In this document: in pieces, positions 40,795-53,549 of the stretch
Position numbering within the stretch: the stretch's first letter is position 1
Layout of the letters: each line of letters opens with the position of its first letter
Assembly: GCA_964016885.1 (NCBI GenBank)
Contig: OZ024740.1
Coordinates: 328,352,001 to 328,416,000, forward strand
Origin: Eledone cirrhosa
Taxonomy: Eukaryota
Length of the DNA stretch: 64,000 bases
Reading direction: 5' to 3'
The notes under the pieces: generated by a model
The model's database searches: none
What the model saw: only the letters and a program-made list of their open reading frames with translations
Told to the model about the DNA's origin: nothing
Program-made: the position numbers and the translations under genes

Positions 40795-42042
40795 TAATAA
40801 ATAAAAATAAAGCATGATCAAAATACAAGGAATGAGAAAATTTAAAAATAAAGGCATGATCAAAATAAACTGAAATAAAAGGGGGGTAAACAGGTGGTGG
40901 AAGGGTGTGGGGTGAGTAGAGGTGGTGGCGGGTGGAGTGGGGAGAGGGAGACGGGGTGTCCGAGCGGGGAGGGCTGAAGGTGGTGTGTGTGGTTAGGTGT
41001 GCGTGTGTGTGTGTGTGTATGTGAAAGTGAGGGTTGGGGAAGAACGGGGTTGCATGTTCAGGAAGGTGTGTGTGGGGGGTGTTTTTGTGGGTCGGAGGGT
41101 CTGTGCGTGTGTGGATAGTGGGGTGGGGGGAGAGGAATCAGGGGGCTGAGGGTGTAAATAAGTGGTGGGAAGCACGTGTGTGTGGTTTAAGCGTGTTGTG
41201 GGTGTGGGTGGCGTGTGGATGAAAAAAAAAAAAATTGTTTTGGGGTGTGTGTGTGGGTGAGTTATGTAGGTGATGGTGTAAGAGGATGGTTGAAAAGTGG
41301 TAAGTTACACGGATGTATGGAGATTTTGGTTGGAAGTCAAAACGCGTGTGGGTAATCCAAGAAGCGGTGGTCGGAAGAGGAGAGATGTGGGGTGCGCGCG
41401 CAACAGGAAGTGGTCAGCAGTGGAAGTGCTGTGGTCAGTTGGTGCTGAGACAGTGGTCGGAAGGGCATAGCAGCAGTCGGCGGAATGGTAGGGAGGCGAG
41501 GATGGGTAGGTGTGAGAGTTGGAGTGAGGAGGGTGTGTGTGTGTGTGTGTGTGTGTATTAGTAGGGGTGTTAGTGGGATGAGTGAGTGTGGAGTGGGGAG
41601 AGAAGGGTGTGTGTGGTTCTATGGAGGGAGTGTGGTGTACTGGTGTGTGTGTAGTATGGTGAAAGGTGTTAGTGGGTGTTAGTATACGGGAGGTGGGGAG
41701 GGGTGGAATGCCGGTGTGAGTGGGGGTTAGTGGGGGTAGGGTGTGTAGAGTTGGTGGTGTACGAGGGTGTGTGGGTACGTGTGCGTGGGGTTGGAGGATG
41801 TTAGTGATGTTAGTTGCGTGTGGGGTGGGTGCTGTAAGTGGGTGCGTGTGTGCGTGTGATAAGGAGGGGGAGGAGGAGAAGAGGGGAGGGAAGGGATGTT
41901 AGTATGTTAGTTGGGGAAGGGTGGTCAGATGAGGGGTGGAGTGGAGGTGTTAGTATTGTTAGTGTGGGGTGGGGGTGAAAAGGAGGGGTGTGTTAGTGGT
42001 GTTAGTGGGGGATAAGTGTGGGGGGAGGGGGGCGGTCGAACG

Positions 42043-43994
42043 CTAAAGGAATAAGGGTGGGGAGTTCAGGCCGGGGGGAGTGTGGGTCTGAAGGATGAAG
42101 ATAGTACGTTGTTCGACCGTAAGGCGATGGGCGGGTGTTCCGTGGCACTGGAGTAGGCCACAGACTGTGAGATGGCGTGCGGAGTGTCCAGGGCCACCAA
42201 AGTGGCGGGCGATGGGGGAACTGCCCCCGAGACGAATGTCCCGGAGGTGCTCCGTGACTCGGTCCGCCAGGCGGCGTCCCGTCTGTCCGACATAAGTCGC
42301 GCTGCACCTCGTGCAACGAAGTCCGTAGACTAGGTTGGAGGAGGTGCAGCGGAAGGCATGCCGGGCCGAGAGAGGTGGCCGTTGGGACCCTGGAAGGTGG
42401 TGGTGTTGGTGATGTGGGGGCAGGTGTTGCAGCGGGGCCTAGAACAGGGGAAGGAACCGGGGGGGGGGGGGAGCGTGGGTTGGGGGGTAGGGAGCTGTGG
42501 ACGAGGAGGGTGCGGAGATTGCGTGCGCGTTTGAAGGAGGGGAGTGGTGGGGTTGGGAAGATGTGGGAGGTGGAGGGGTCGGACTGGAGGTGTCGGAAGA
42601 GGCGGCGGATGGTGCGGTGGAGGGGTAAGGTGGAGGGGTGGTAGGTGATGGGGAAGGGGAGACGGTGGGGTAGGTGTGCGGTGGCGTGGGGTGAGGGTGG
42701 TGGAGCGGGGGATAGCACGGGCGCGGGTGAGAGCGGTGTGGACGAGAGGGGGAGGGGGGGGGGTAACCTCTGCGGATGAAATGGCTGACTAGGGAAAGGG
42801 CCTGGGACTCGAAGTCAGCATCTCGGCTACAGAGGCGGCGGATCCTGAGAAGTTGGGAGTAGGGAATGGAGAGTTTAGTGTGGGTGGGGTGGGAAGAGGT
42901 GAAGTCGAGGTAAGAGTGGGAGTCGGTGGGTTTGAAGAAGGCGGAGGTGACGAGGGAGTGGTGGGAGGGGTCGAAGGCGACGCAGATGTCCAAGAAGTGA
43001 ACGTGGGTAGTGGAGATAGAGGTGGTGAAGTGGAGGGAGGGGTGGAAGGAGCAGAAGAAGGAGAGAAAGGAGTCGAGCTGTACTCGGGTGAGGGTCGTGG
43101 CTCCGATACAGTCGTCAATGTAACGACCGTACAGTTCGGGCATGGGGCCCGTGTACTGGGCAAAGATTTGGGCCTCAACATGGCCAACAAAAAGGTTGGC
43201 ATAGTTTGGGCCCATTCTTGTGCCCATGGCTACCCCCGTGACCTGTTGGTAAAACTCACCCGAGAAGGAGAAACAATTTAGGGTGAGGACCAGCTCGGCG
43301 AGGCGAAGGAGGGTGGGGGTGGAGGGAATGGGGGAGGGGCGAAGGTCGAGGTAGTGTTTGAGGGCGCGAAGGCCGTCGGCGTGAGGGATGACGGTATAGA
43401 GGGCTTGATGTCTAGGGTGAAGAGGAATGGCTGAGGGCCGGGTAGGTAGGTGAAGGAGTCGAAAAGGCGTAGGGCGTGGTTGGTGTCAGAGATGTGGGAG
43501 GGGAGGGTGGTGACAAGGGGGGCGAGGAGGGAGTCGAGAAAGGCGGAGATGAGTTCGGTGGGGCAGTTGCAAGCGGAGACGATGGGGCGACCGGGGTTGT
43601 CGGGTTGCTGGAGTTTGGGGAGGAAGTAGATGGTGGGGGTGCGGGGGGTGCGGACGATGAGGTGGGAAGCGGTGGGGGGGGGGGGGGGGGGCGATAAGGT
43701 CTTTGATGGTGGAGGAGACTTGTTGTTGGTAGCGGGGGGTGGGATCGGAGGGTAGAGGGCGGTAAAAGAGGTGGTTACAGAGCCGCCTGAGGGCTTCGGC
43801 CGTGTAGAGGTCCGCGCGCCATACCACCACGGCGCCTCCCTTGTCCGCCGGTTTGATGACGATGTCATCTCGGCTACGGAGGGAGCGGAGAGCGAGGAGT
43901 TCGCCCCGTGAGATGTTGTGCCGTTTGGAACGGTGGCGGAAGTCGAAACGATTTACTGCGCTACGGCTGGCATCGACGAAGGCGTCCAGGGTGC
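42043..43994 (-). pseudogene. PLE polyprotein (RT + GIY-YIG endonuclease), frameshifted
   Basis: IKPADKGG, GRPIVS, MGTRMGPNYANLF, RYIDD, KPTDSHSYL..S.HP, NLVYGLRC..CSATYVGQTGRRL..R..EH, P.GLN. Confidence 0.9.
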
Positions 43995-44154
43995 TAATAT
44001 ATATATATATATATATATATACTTAATTTTCTTATTTTCTTTCTTCCTTTGAAACATGTTGGCTGTTCCTCGATGCCACTGTTTAACGAACGGGTAACTA
44101 TAGTCATCAAAAACAAAACATAGCATGAGGCCGTTTGCTTGCATTATTATTATT

Positions 44155-47100
44155 GGTGTGTTCGGACGTCTTTTTGATCGCTCACAGTAAGTCGCTTTAT
44201 TTACCTGTTATAATTATTTGTTGTTTAATTTTTCTTGTTGTGTAAGGGATATAAGCCCTTCGACTTTGCCCTGTGAAGGGGAAAGTATAATATTTGGGCC
44301 TTTTGGCACAAATATTTTAACAATATTTGAACATTTTACTTTTAAAAATAAAAAAAATATGGCTGAGCCCCCCTCCCCCCCAGGAATATCTCTACTGTCG
44401 TGTGACAACGGTGTAAAGGTTGAGAGGAGGGTTACAGAAATTGATACTACAAACACACCACAAACAACGTGAACAAAGACAACAACACTGAGAACACTAA
44501 TTTAAAAAAAATTACCACACCAACTACAACAATAACAGCGACAACCAAAATACAGACAACAGAAAAAATAGCAACAAATGCAACAACGATATTAACACCA
44601 CTAACAAGAAAATAAACAACGACAACACCAACAGCAACCATACAAATTGCACCGAAAACAACAACAACGGTGGCACCAAAAACACAACCAACTACAACAG
44701 TGATAACAGCAACAACACCAACAACAGCGTTTGTAGCAATAGCAACAGCAACAGCACCAACAAGACCAGTTGCAGCAGTAGCGGCAGCAATAATGGTGCC
44801 GCTGAAAAAGGGGCCACTTCTTTCGCAGATGTGGCTCGAAATATAGAGACAGTGCTAGTCACGGAGGAGGAGATAGCAGTCGCAAGGGCCATGGGGACAA
44901 GAAATGACAATAGAGTTTCCCTGAAACCTCTATCCGATTTTTTCAAGGACCAGCAGCTACGGACGGTGACTTACCGCACTGTAAGCAAAATGTTACAAGG
45001 GTGGAGAGAGCCATGGAGGCTCAAATCGTCTGGGCGCGCAAAACCCACATCACCCGAGGCAAAAAGTACGGCACAGTAGACGTACTTTTCGCCACCCCCC
45101 AAGAGGCGAAGTCTCACTCTTTGGAAACCCTAAAGAGTGAGGAGATAGTCTTGGTGCCCTCCTACTGCAGGCAGAAAATTGTGAGGGTCAAAGTGACCCA
45201 GGTCCCGTCCGACGTGCCCATACCTTGGCTGACCGCGCCTGCCCTTGCTGGAATCGAGGACAGGACCACCATGCTGAAAGTACAGAGAATGAGAAGAGAG
45301 AACTGGTCAGGTATAGGCATGCAAAGACCAGGAGTGCATCGAGGCCATCCCAGATATCATAGACCTCGAGGAAGGACTCCAACTCCCTATAAGCGTGGAA
45401 GGAAGGCGCCCAATATGCTATCTCTGTGGGCAAAAGTGTGACCTCAGGGCCTTTTACCCTCAGAAGACAGCCAAGAAGAGAGCCCTCCTCCTTCCGACGC
45501 CTGATCCGCTGCTACCGAGAGCAGGACAGACAACATAGGCAGAAGACCCTTCCACGGTGAGTAGGAGGGCAACGTCTGTGGCACCCACACCAAGGTCACG
45601 GACAACTAAAACAGCGGCAGCAACACCAGTAGCTATATTTGCAGTAGCTGCACCAGCAACAAAATCGCCGGAGGGGGCTATACTACCACCACCAGCCGTG
45701 GAGCACATACCCCTTCCAGACGCTACGGAATCCGACATAGAGTATGAGGCGGGAGTAAAGTGGCAAAAGGCCTGCCGCAAAAAATAAAAACGAAAGAACT
45801 CCTTAGCTTCACCCTCTAAAATCGAAGGCAAACGAAGAGGGGTAAAGGCTGCAAGGCGACTTGCAGCAACGCCACCACCATCACCACCTCAAGCATCACC
45901 ACCAACAACAACCACACCACCACCAGCATCACCACAAACAGCAATATCGCAAACACAACAAAGCACACACACCCAACAGCAACAACAAGAAAACAGCCCC
46001 CCCCCTCCACACACACAAAAAAAGTACACTCTGCACACAGAGGATTAATGGAACTTATAAAACAGCACAGATATTTCAGACTTAAATTACCACACCCCAC
46101 CAACACCAAGAACATTACCCCAAAACATTACAATTGTTGAAATTAAACTGGAAGACTATAATGAATTAAAGCAAAAATTCTCCAACTGCGTTGGGTATTT
46201 CAGAGGATCACTCTCCAAGAGAATATATACAGATATTATCTTGGAGACACCCATGACCAGCCGAAGGGACGGTTCTATTGTCCCTTCCCCACACGATCAA
46301 GGTAAGTCATCCTTTCTCACTTACCCGTTTCCTCATCCAACATTGCCGTAAGTAGAATAGGCAGTGTAAATGTACGTGGCCTGGGATCATCTTGGAAGCA
46401 GGGTCACCTGCTCAACGACCTCAGGTCACTAAACATAGATGTGGTGGCCATCAGCGAAACTAGAATCTCCGAAGCACGAGCCTTCGCACTGATCTTCGGC
46501 GACTTCGATATATACGCATCCTCCAGCCGTCCAGGATCGGGGTGAGAAGTTGCTGTGCTTTTTCGGAGAGGCTTTTTCGGAGAGGCTTGGACCCAGAAGG
46601 TAAGTCGGCGGTGCTGGACGTGACCGGCAGCGAAGGCAATGCTTTCAGGCTAGTAGCCCCAACAGGGGCAGGACGGCCAGATTTCTTCAGACGTCTAGAG
46701 ACCTTTCTTGGAACGTCCCGCTTTTTAGTGTTAGTGGGCGACTGGAACGGTATCTTAGATGCACGATGGGATTATGTGGGGCTAGTAGACAAGGGAGGAG
46801 GGTGTAAAAGATCAACAACCTGCTCAGACGTTTTGAACTGACTGAGAGGTATAGACTGGATTATCCGAATATGCTAATGGGGACATGGGCAAACCGCATC
46901 AGGTCATCCAGATCGTATTTAGATAAGATATTCTGTAGGGAGACAAATAAGGCTAGTGTAGGTTGTCCATAATTTAAAGTAGTCGACTACACAGACCACA
47001 AATTTGTGATCTGTGAAGTTGACTTAGATAGACTCCATAGACAAGGTTACCGGAAGCTGAAAGCGTCGTTCCTGGCGCGCAAAGCTTACAGAGACCAGAT

Positions 47101-48512
47101 TAGCGAATTAGTAAAGCGTGTTTTGACGGGTGTGATCGTCAACATGTGGTGGTTTACCCTGAAAAGGGCTATTAGAGTATAATCGATAAGGTTTAGCAAC
47201 GAAGTAGTGATAGAGGAAAATAGAGTAGAGGGAGAGCTAGTTAGAAAGCTAGAAGAGGCGTTTAGGACATGTATCGCAACCGACGTGCTTGCGGCGAGAT
47301 TGGCACTCGACCAATTCTTCAACGCAAACCATGAAGGCTGCGTTGTCAGAGCTAGAGCATGAGGGGACGAAAGCCGTTCAATGGGCCCGGGTGGTGGAGG
47401 CGCGACGTGGCAACAAGTCCACAATTCGGTCTTTGCCTGATCAAAACGAGCACATGTTGTTCGAACCCGAGCAGATGTGTGCGGCTGGTGCTTCATTGAC
47501 GGTGAACGGGTGTGGTCGCCGTTTGCCACACGCGCTTTTCCTCAGCTCGTCTCCTTGATGGAGCTGCAGTCCTGGATCAGGAAAATACCGAGGGATAGCG
47601 CTTGGGAGCTGGAATATCTCCAAGCGCTCACAGCCCTCTACCAGCCGGGCACTAGTATCGGTGGATCATACACCTCGGCGTTCTATAGAGGGCTAGTGGA
47701 GGGGAAGCGCGATGACGTTCTGGGGGAGACCCTGGGCGTCGGAGACGATCAGCTGTTCGGTCTCTTCAAGTGCTACCGGGGAGCGTTGCCGGTTCGGGAT
47801 AAGCTCTACAGGCACGGAGGTGCTGTCAGCCGAGCCTGTCCGAGATGCGCGCAGGGCGACGAAACCGTCTTGCACGCACTCGTTCAGTGCCCAGGGATTG
47901 CTGACTTATGGAGCTATGTCGAACAGCTGCTGTCGCGTGTAGGACGGATCCGGTTATAGACTGAGTCCATTTGTGCAGATAACCCCGCCATCCTCCTTTA
48001 AAGAGGAAGAAGAGCATGCAGTTTTCATCTGCCTGGTGGCCATGGCGAAAGAGATTGTGTGGTGGACAATGTTGAAAGGGTTGAAGACGGACATTTTCTT
48101 CTCCGGCCAATCCCTGATAAACTTTTTCAAGTTTCACTTGAAGAGGAAAATCAGGGTGGGGAGGAAAGTGCTGTCTTGTTGAAAGGTGGGTGAAAGTGGC
48201 GAGTCTGGTCCGAGTGAACGGGCCCGCTCTGAGTATGCGCCTGTAGACTGAGGAGCGGGAAAACCGAGAGAGGGCGCTTGCCCTGGTGGTCAGGGTGGCC
48301 GTGATCTTTTGTGTGGTTTTTCGCCACGAGTGACCCTCGGAGGCTTCCCCTCTTTTGGGGAATTTTTGTTGTTTGAATATTTTCGATTTCTAGCCCAATT
48401 TTGTTATAACCTGTTTACACGACCAAAAACCCACTTTGTATCGTCCTGTACTGTTCTGTGCCGTCTCTAATGTTTTTCTTCGTGTTAGCCCTTGTGGCCA
48501 ATAAAGAAACCA
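44155..48512 (+). mobile_element. L1/Tx1-like LINE, degenerate, RT domain deleted
   Basis: ORF1 remnant ~44359-46350; APE motifs (NVRGL, AISET, GDWN); jump near 47490 to C-terminal CPRC..ETVLHAL..C; AATAAA + (TTA)n. Confidence 0.85.
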
Positions 48513-51500
48513 ATATTATTATTATTATTATTATTGTTCTTTGAGTCTCAGTCATTGATGTTAGTTAAATGGAAAGTTTGTTGAATATGAATATCAAGCC
48601 ACTACCTGCAGCCTCAGATATTCAGGACGTATCGGAGGGTACTTGCTGTTCCCAGCAAGCATGCCTTTTGAAGTGTTCCAAAAAGCGGGGCGGGGCCAAT
48701 TTTCTTTAACCATCCCTGGAAACTTTTTGAGATAGTACCTAGTGCGCCTATGACTTCATGGCAGTTCCAAATCCTTTTTACTTCCCACTTTAAGTCCTGG
48801 TATCGGTTAATTTTCTCCCGCTCCTTCTCTTGCACTCTCGTGTCGAATGGGCAGGCCACATCCACAATCAGGCACGATCTTTTTTCCTTATCCAAAACCA
48901 CCAGGCCAGGTCTATTGTGTTCCAGTTTCTTGTCCGTCTGTATCCTAAAATCCCATAGCACCTTCACCTGATCGTTTTCTATCACCGACTCTGGCTTATG
49001 CTCATACCACTTCTCAGAATGTGGTAAATTGTTTACTCTGCATAGGTGCCAGTGGATCACTCTACCCATCACATCATGTCTCCAGCCTTTATAGTGAGTC
49101 TGGGCTAGGTGTTTACACTCGGATACAATGTGAGCCTTAGTCTCCTCTCTCTCTCCACAGATCTTGCACAGTGGACTAGCCTCCTCTTTGTAAATATGGT
49201 GTTTCAGCCACTTCGTTTTGAGGGCCTGCTCTTGCGCAGCCATTAGAATTCCTTCTGTGGCCTTTTTAAGGTCTCCTCTTCTCAACCAGTTCCATGTCTG
49301 TGGATCTCTAAATTCAGTTTTCTCAAAGAAGGTACTATGAAGGGATTTTTCATGAAGGCTGCTCTTTCTTCTTGTTGTTATTTCCTCCTTGGACATCCCC
49401 TGGTCTATTGTCTTCTCCTTCAGTACAATTCTGAGCATTGGCTCCTTACTATCGGTCACGTATTTGTGTAGGTTGTTTTTCTCCATCTGAACACAGGCCT
49501 TTATGCTGATAAGACCTCTTCCACCTTCAGATCTCCTTAAGTAGAGTCTATCGACATAACTCCTCTTGTGGAACATGTTGTAGATAGTCAATAGCTTCCT
49601 AGTCTTCCTATCCATTTCTTTTTGTTCAGCAACATTCCATCTCAGAATTCCCGCACTGTACCTAATAATAGACACAGCTCGGGAATTTACTGCACTTATG
49701 GCATTCCTACTGTTCAGATATGACTTTAATACGCTCCTTACTCTCCGAATGTATTCAGATCTTATCAATTCCTTCATTTGTTTGTTCTTGATGCCATCAG
49801 CCTCCAGAATACCCAAATACTTGTATCCTTCTTCAGTGTCAATTTCCTTTATCATCTCACCTGTTGGTACCTGTATTCTGTTGCTTCTGCTCAATTTACC
49901 CCTCTTCATCACTAGGACTCCACACTTACTAATACCAAATTGCATACATATATCATTGCTGAAAATACGGACAGTGTCAACAAGCACATCCAACTCCTTC
50001 TCACTCTTCCCGAAGAGCTTAAGATCGTCCATGAAGAGGAGGTGATTGATGGTAAGCCCTCCCTTTCCCAACCTGTATCCTGCTCTCACTTTTCGCAGTA
50101 TAATGGTCAGGAGCATCAGGGCAAGGATAAACAACAGAGGGGACAGACTATCTCCCTGGAAGATACCTCTCTTGATCTTCACACCTCCCAAGGATTCTCC
50201 AGCTGATGTTAACTCTGTTTTCCAGGACTTCATACTTTTTCTCAACAACTGTCTGATGTTATCTGCCACCTTGAAGATCTCTAGGCTTTTGGTTATCCAA
50301 GAATGAGGTACCATGTCTAATGCCTTTTTGTAGTCTATCCATCCCATGGCAAGACCAGTGTGTCTCCTCTTGCAATTCCTCATTACCATCTTATCAATAA
50401 GTAACTGGTCCTTTGTACCACGGGATTTTTCGGCATCCTTTCTGTTCGTCCGGTAACAAGTTGTTTGTGTGGAGGTGATGGTAGATTTCCTCAGACACAA
50501 TGCTTGTCAACAGTTTCCACATTACGGACAGACATGTGATAGGTCTATAGTTGGTAACATCATTACCCTTGATTCGGTCTTTCATTACCAGAACTGTGGT
50601 ACCTTTTGTCAACCACTCTGGTACCTCACCTGACATCAAGCAGTCATTGAACATGGTTGTCAGTTTCGGGTGGAGCGATGTTACATTTTTAATACAATAC
50701 CCCTGCACACCATCTGGACCTGGTGATTTCCAGTTGGTTAGTTTTTTGGCCTGCCCCTTAAGAGTTTCAACTGTGATACTCAAATCAGTTTGTTGGTATG
50801 CCTGTTCACTAATCTCCTTTTGTACTGTCTCAATCCACACTGCCTGGTCATTATGTTTAACATCCTGCTCCCATATTCCTCTCCAGAATGTCTTAGTTTG
50901 TTCCGCCTTAGGGATCAAGTCGTTGCCTCTTTCAAACATGCGGTTCTGTCTATACTGACTGACTCTGCTCTCGTATCGCCTAATTTTTGCACTCTTTGCT
51001 ACAATGCGTTGCTTCAGTTCCTCTATGATAATATTTATCTTTTTCCTCCTAGTTTTGTACTTTATTTCCACTCTATTTTTAGTGTCTATGTTTTTAGTGT
51101 CCCATTCAGTAGGGACTCAAGCTTTCCAATGTCATTTCTCATTTCCCTGATTTGACCATTCAGTCGTTTCTTCCACCAAGTTTCTGATGTTTCTTGTTTG
51201 TTGTTTCCTCTCGCTTATATGCCAAGTAATTTCCTCACCGCATTTGCTGTTGCTTTGAGGATATTGTTGCACTGGTGAAGGCTCCTCGCCTCAAGGTATG
51301 GGATGACCTTGTTTACCTTAGCTGTTGTTTCTTTTAACTTTTTCCTGTCTACAAATCTTAGGTTCATAGGTTTTCCACTATCATTGTTCATTTCATCTAC
51401 CACTAAGTTTAGGATATCAACCAAATCTTGTCCTAGCCCGTCAGCATTCATCTCCACAATGGCCGTATCTTTGTTCCATGTATTATTTATTTCAACATTC

Positions 51501-52085
51501 AGATCATTGTCTGCTTCGGATGGTTCCTCCGTTCTCTCAACCTCTTCACCTTCATTTCCCACTGGCTCGTTTGCCTGGCATACTCCACTCTCCATTTCCA
51601 ACCTAATCTCTCTGCTCAGTTCCTCCAGTTCCAGCTCGCTTATCCACCCATTAGTTCTTATTACCCGAGCCTGCCCGGCCAATTTTTGTTCATCTAATTT
51701 AAATAGACCAATCTCGTTCCAGATGTTATTCATCCGTTTCCTATAGCCTTTTTCCTTGGGGTTACTCTTCAGGTAACATTGCATAACAGTTCTATTCAAT
51801 TCTTTTGTCCAGTTGGTTCTGGTCCCTTTCCTTCTTCTTCCTCCGACACCAGCAGTATTTGGTTGAAAGCCAGGTCCCTGCTGCTGAGCCAGGGAGCACC
51901 TGCTGGGTGAGAGTCTGTCACATGACATTCCAGTCTCCACTTCACCGTTATTCGAACTGTTTAGGTTTGACATTGAAACACTCTTATCGAGGATTGGTGA
52001 ATGTATGGTTACATAACCACCGGTGATTTCATCACCCCCAGTGATTTGATCGCCCTCAGTGATTTTAGCGTGGCACTATCACGCT
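48513..52085 (-). mobile_element. R4/Dong-like RLE non-LTR retrotransposon, near full length
   Basis: Single-ORF layout, (AAT)n tail, inserted in TAA repeat. Confidence 0.9.
48614..51973 (-). pseudogene. R4/Dong-like ORF (RT + CCHC + RLE) broken into three frames
   Basis: [49 protein letters not shown] (PD mutated), DVACP, EK..RY. Confidence 0.9.
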
Positions 52086-52787
52086 GTAGACGAACATAAA
52101 TAAACAAACAAACAAATAGATAAAAAAAAACAAAAATAAGCATAAGTTTCATTGTAATGTAATGTTTTTTTTTGCTTGTCTGTCTGTTTGTTTTTCTTTT
52201 CTTTTTTTTTCTTTACGTTTTTCGTTGCTGCTGTGCTGTTTTGATTTTGATTTTTGATTTTTTGAATTTTTGACCGGGTCATCAAATCAGTCTATTTATA
52301 TCTTTTGATGCCTTCCTCATTTAGTGGGAATGCTACGATGCCTGTCTTAGCAGGAGGTAGTGAGAGAGAATAGCGGCGGTAGCGATAATCTGGCAGTGGT
52401 GGTGGTGATGTGATCGTAGTACTGTAGTGATGGTGTTGAAATTGAAGTAGAAATAGAAGTTGAGGTAACTTGACTAGAGTTTTTGGCGTAGTAGTGGTGA
52501 TGGTGGCGGTGGTGGTGTTGGTGGTGATATTATTTGCCTGTCTGTCCACTTAGCCATTTTTCTCTTTTTCGACTATAACATTTCTGATCCAAAATTAAAT
52601 ATTAAATATTGGGGCCCTATGCCGCCGTAATGTGATGCGTTGTCGCTTGCTGAGGGACAAAACTGTAATCTTATATTCCATTTGTAATAAGAATTATTCT
52701 ATCACAGTTGTTTTAAATAAGTAAAAATCAAAAACTTACGGGAGCGATTCCATAACGATATATATCCATCATGTGCGTTTTCTTCCC

Positions 52788-52843
<56 letters not shown>

Positions 52844-53549
52844 GGCGACCTACGTAGTAAATCGTATCATCGTGAGCTCCGCAAATGTTTGTTATTTTCA
52901 GTTGTTTAAAATTGCCATTCATGGAAAATTTTTATTGTTAACTGTATATAAGTGCACATACATTGTTATTTGAAAAGGACACCCAAAAAGATTGGGGCCT
53001 TGAGTCCAAAATTAAAACTTTTATAATTATCAAACAAAAATTTTTCTCTGAAAAATAATGGATGACTCAGAGTCACTCCTTCCTCACAAACTAACACCTC
53101 ATACCGACACCGCCATTGTAAATATTGCTACGTTTGCCAACACTAAAAAAAAAATATAAGCAGTAGCAATATTTTAAATTTGTCTTAGGCAGACATTCAT
53201 TTCCCGCCATTACCAATGACTGCAGGTGTTAAAGCCGCCACCACCACCACCACCGCGACAACCACCGCCCTCACCACCACCGCGACAACAGAAACAAAAG
53301 AAAAAAATAAATTAACTCGTGGTATCGAAATGCATTCAACCAAAATGAACTCTTCCACACCGAACACCACTGACGCCACCACCACCACAACTGAAACTAA
53401 AATTAATAATAACAAAAATAACGATAACAACACCAGCAACAATGACATTAAGAAACCCACCCTGAGTTTTACCAGAGTAGCAAAACAGTGCGAAGCATTT
53501 CAGGTAACTCAGGAGGAATTAGAAGAAGCCAAAAAATTGGTAAATAAAG

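Larger units (their letters stand above)
39612..43994 (-). mobile_element. Penelope-like retroelement, 5'-truncated, flanked by (TA)n
   Basis: RT + GIY-YIG coding region, long low-complexity 3' region, terminal HHR. Confidence 0.9.

Noticed and set aside
42095-44026. Plus-strand G/V/R-rich ORFs, and antisense ORFs over the LINEs at 49-57 kb
   Set aside because: Shadow frames of the retroelement ORFs
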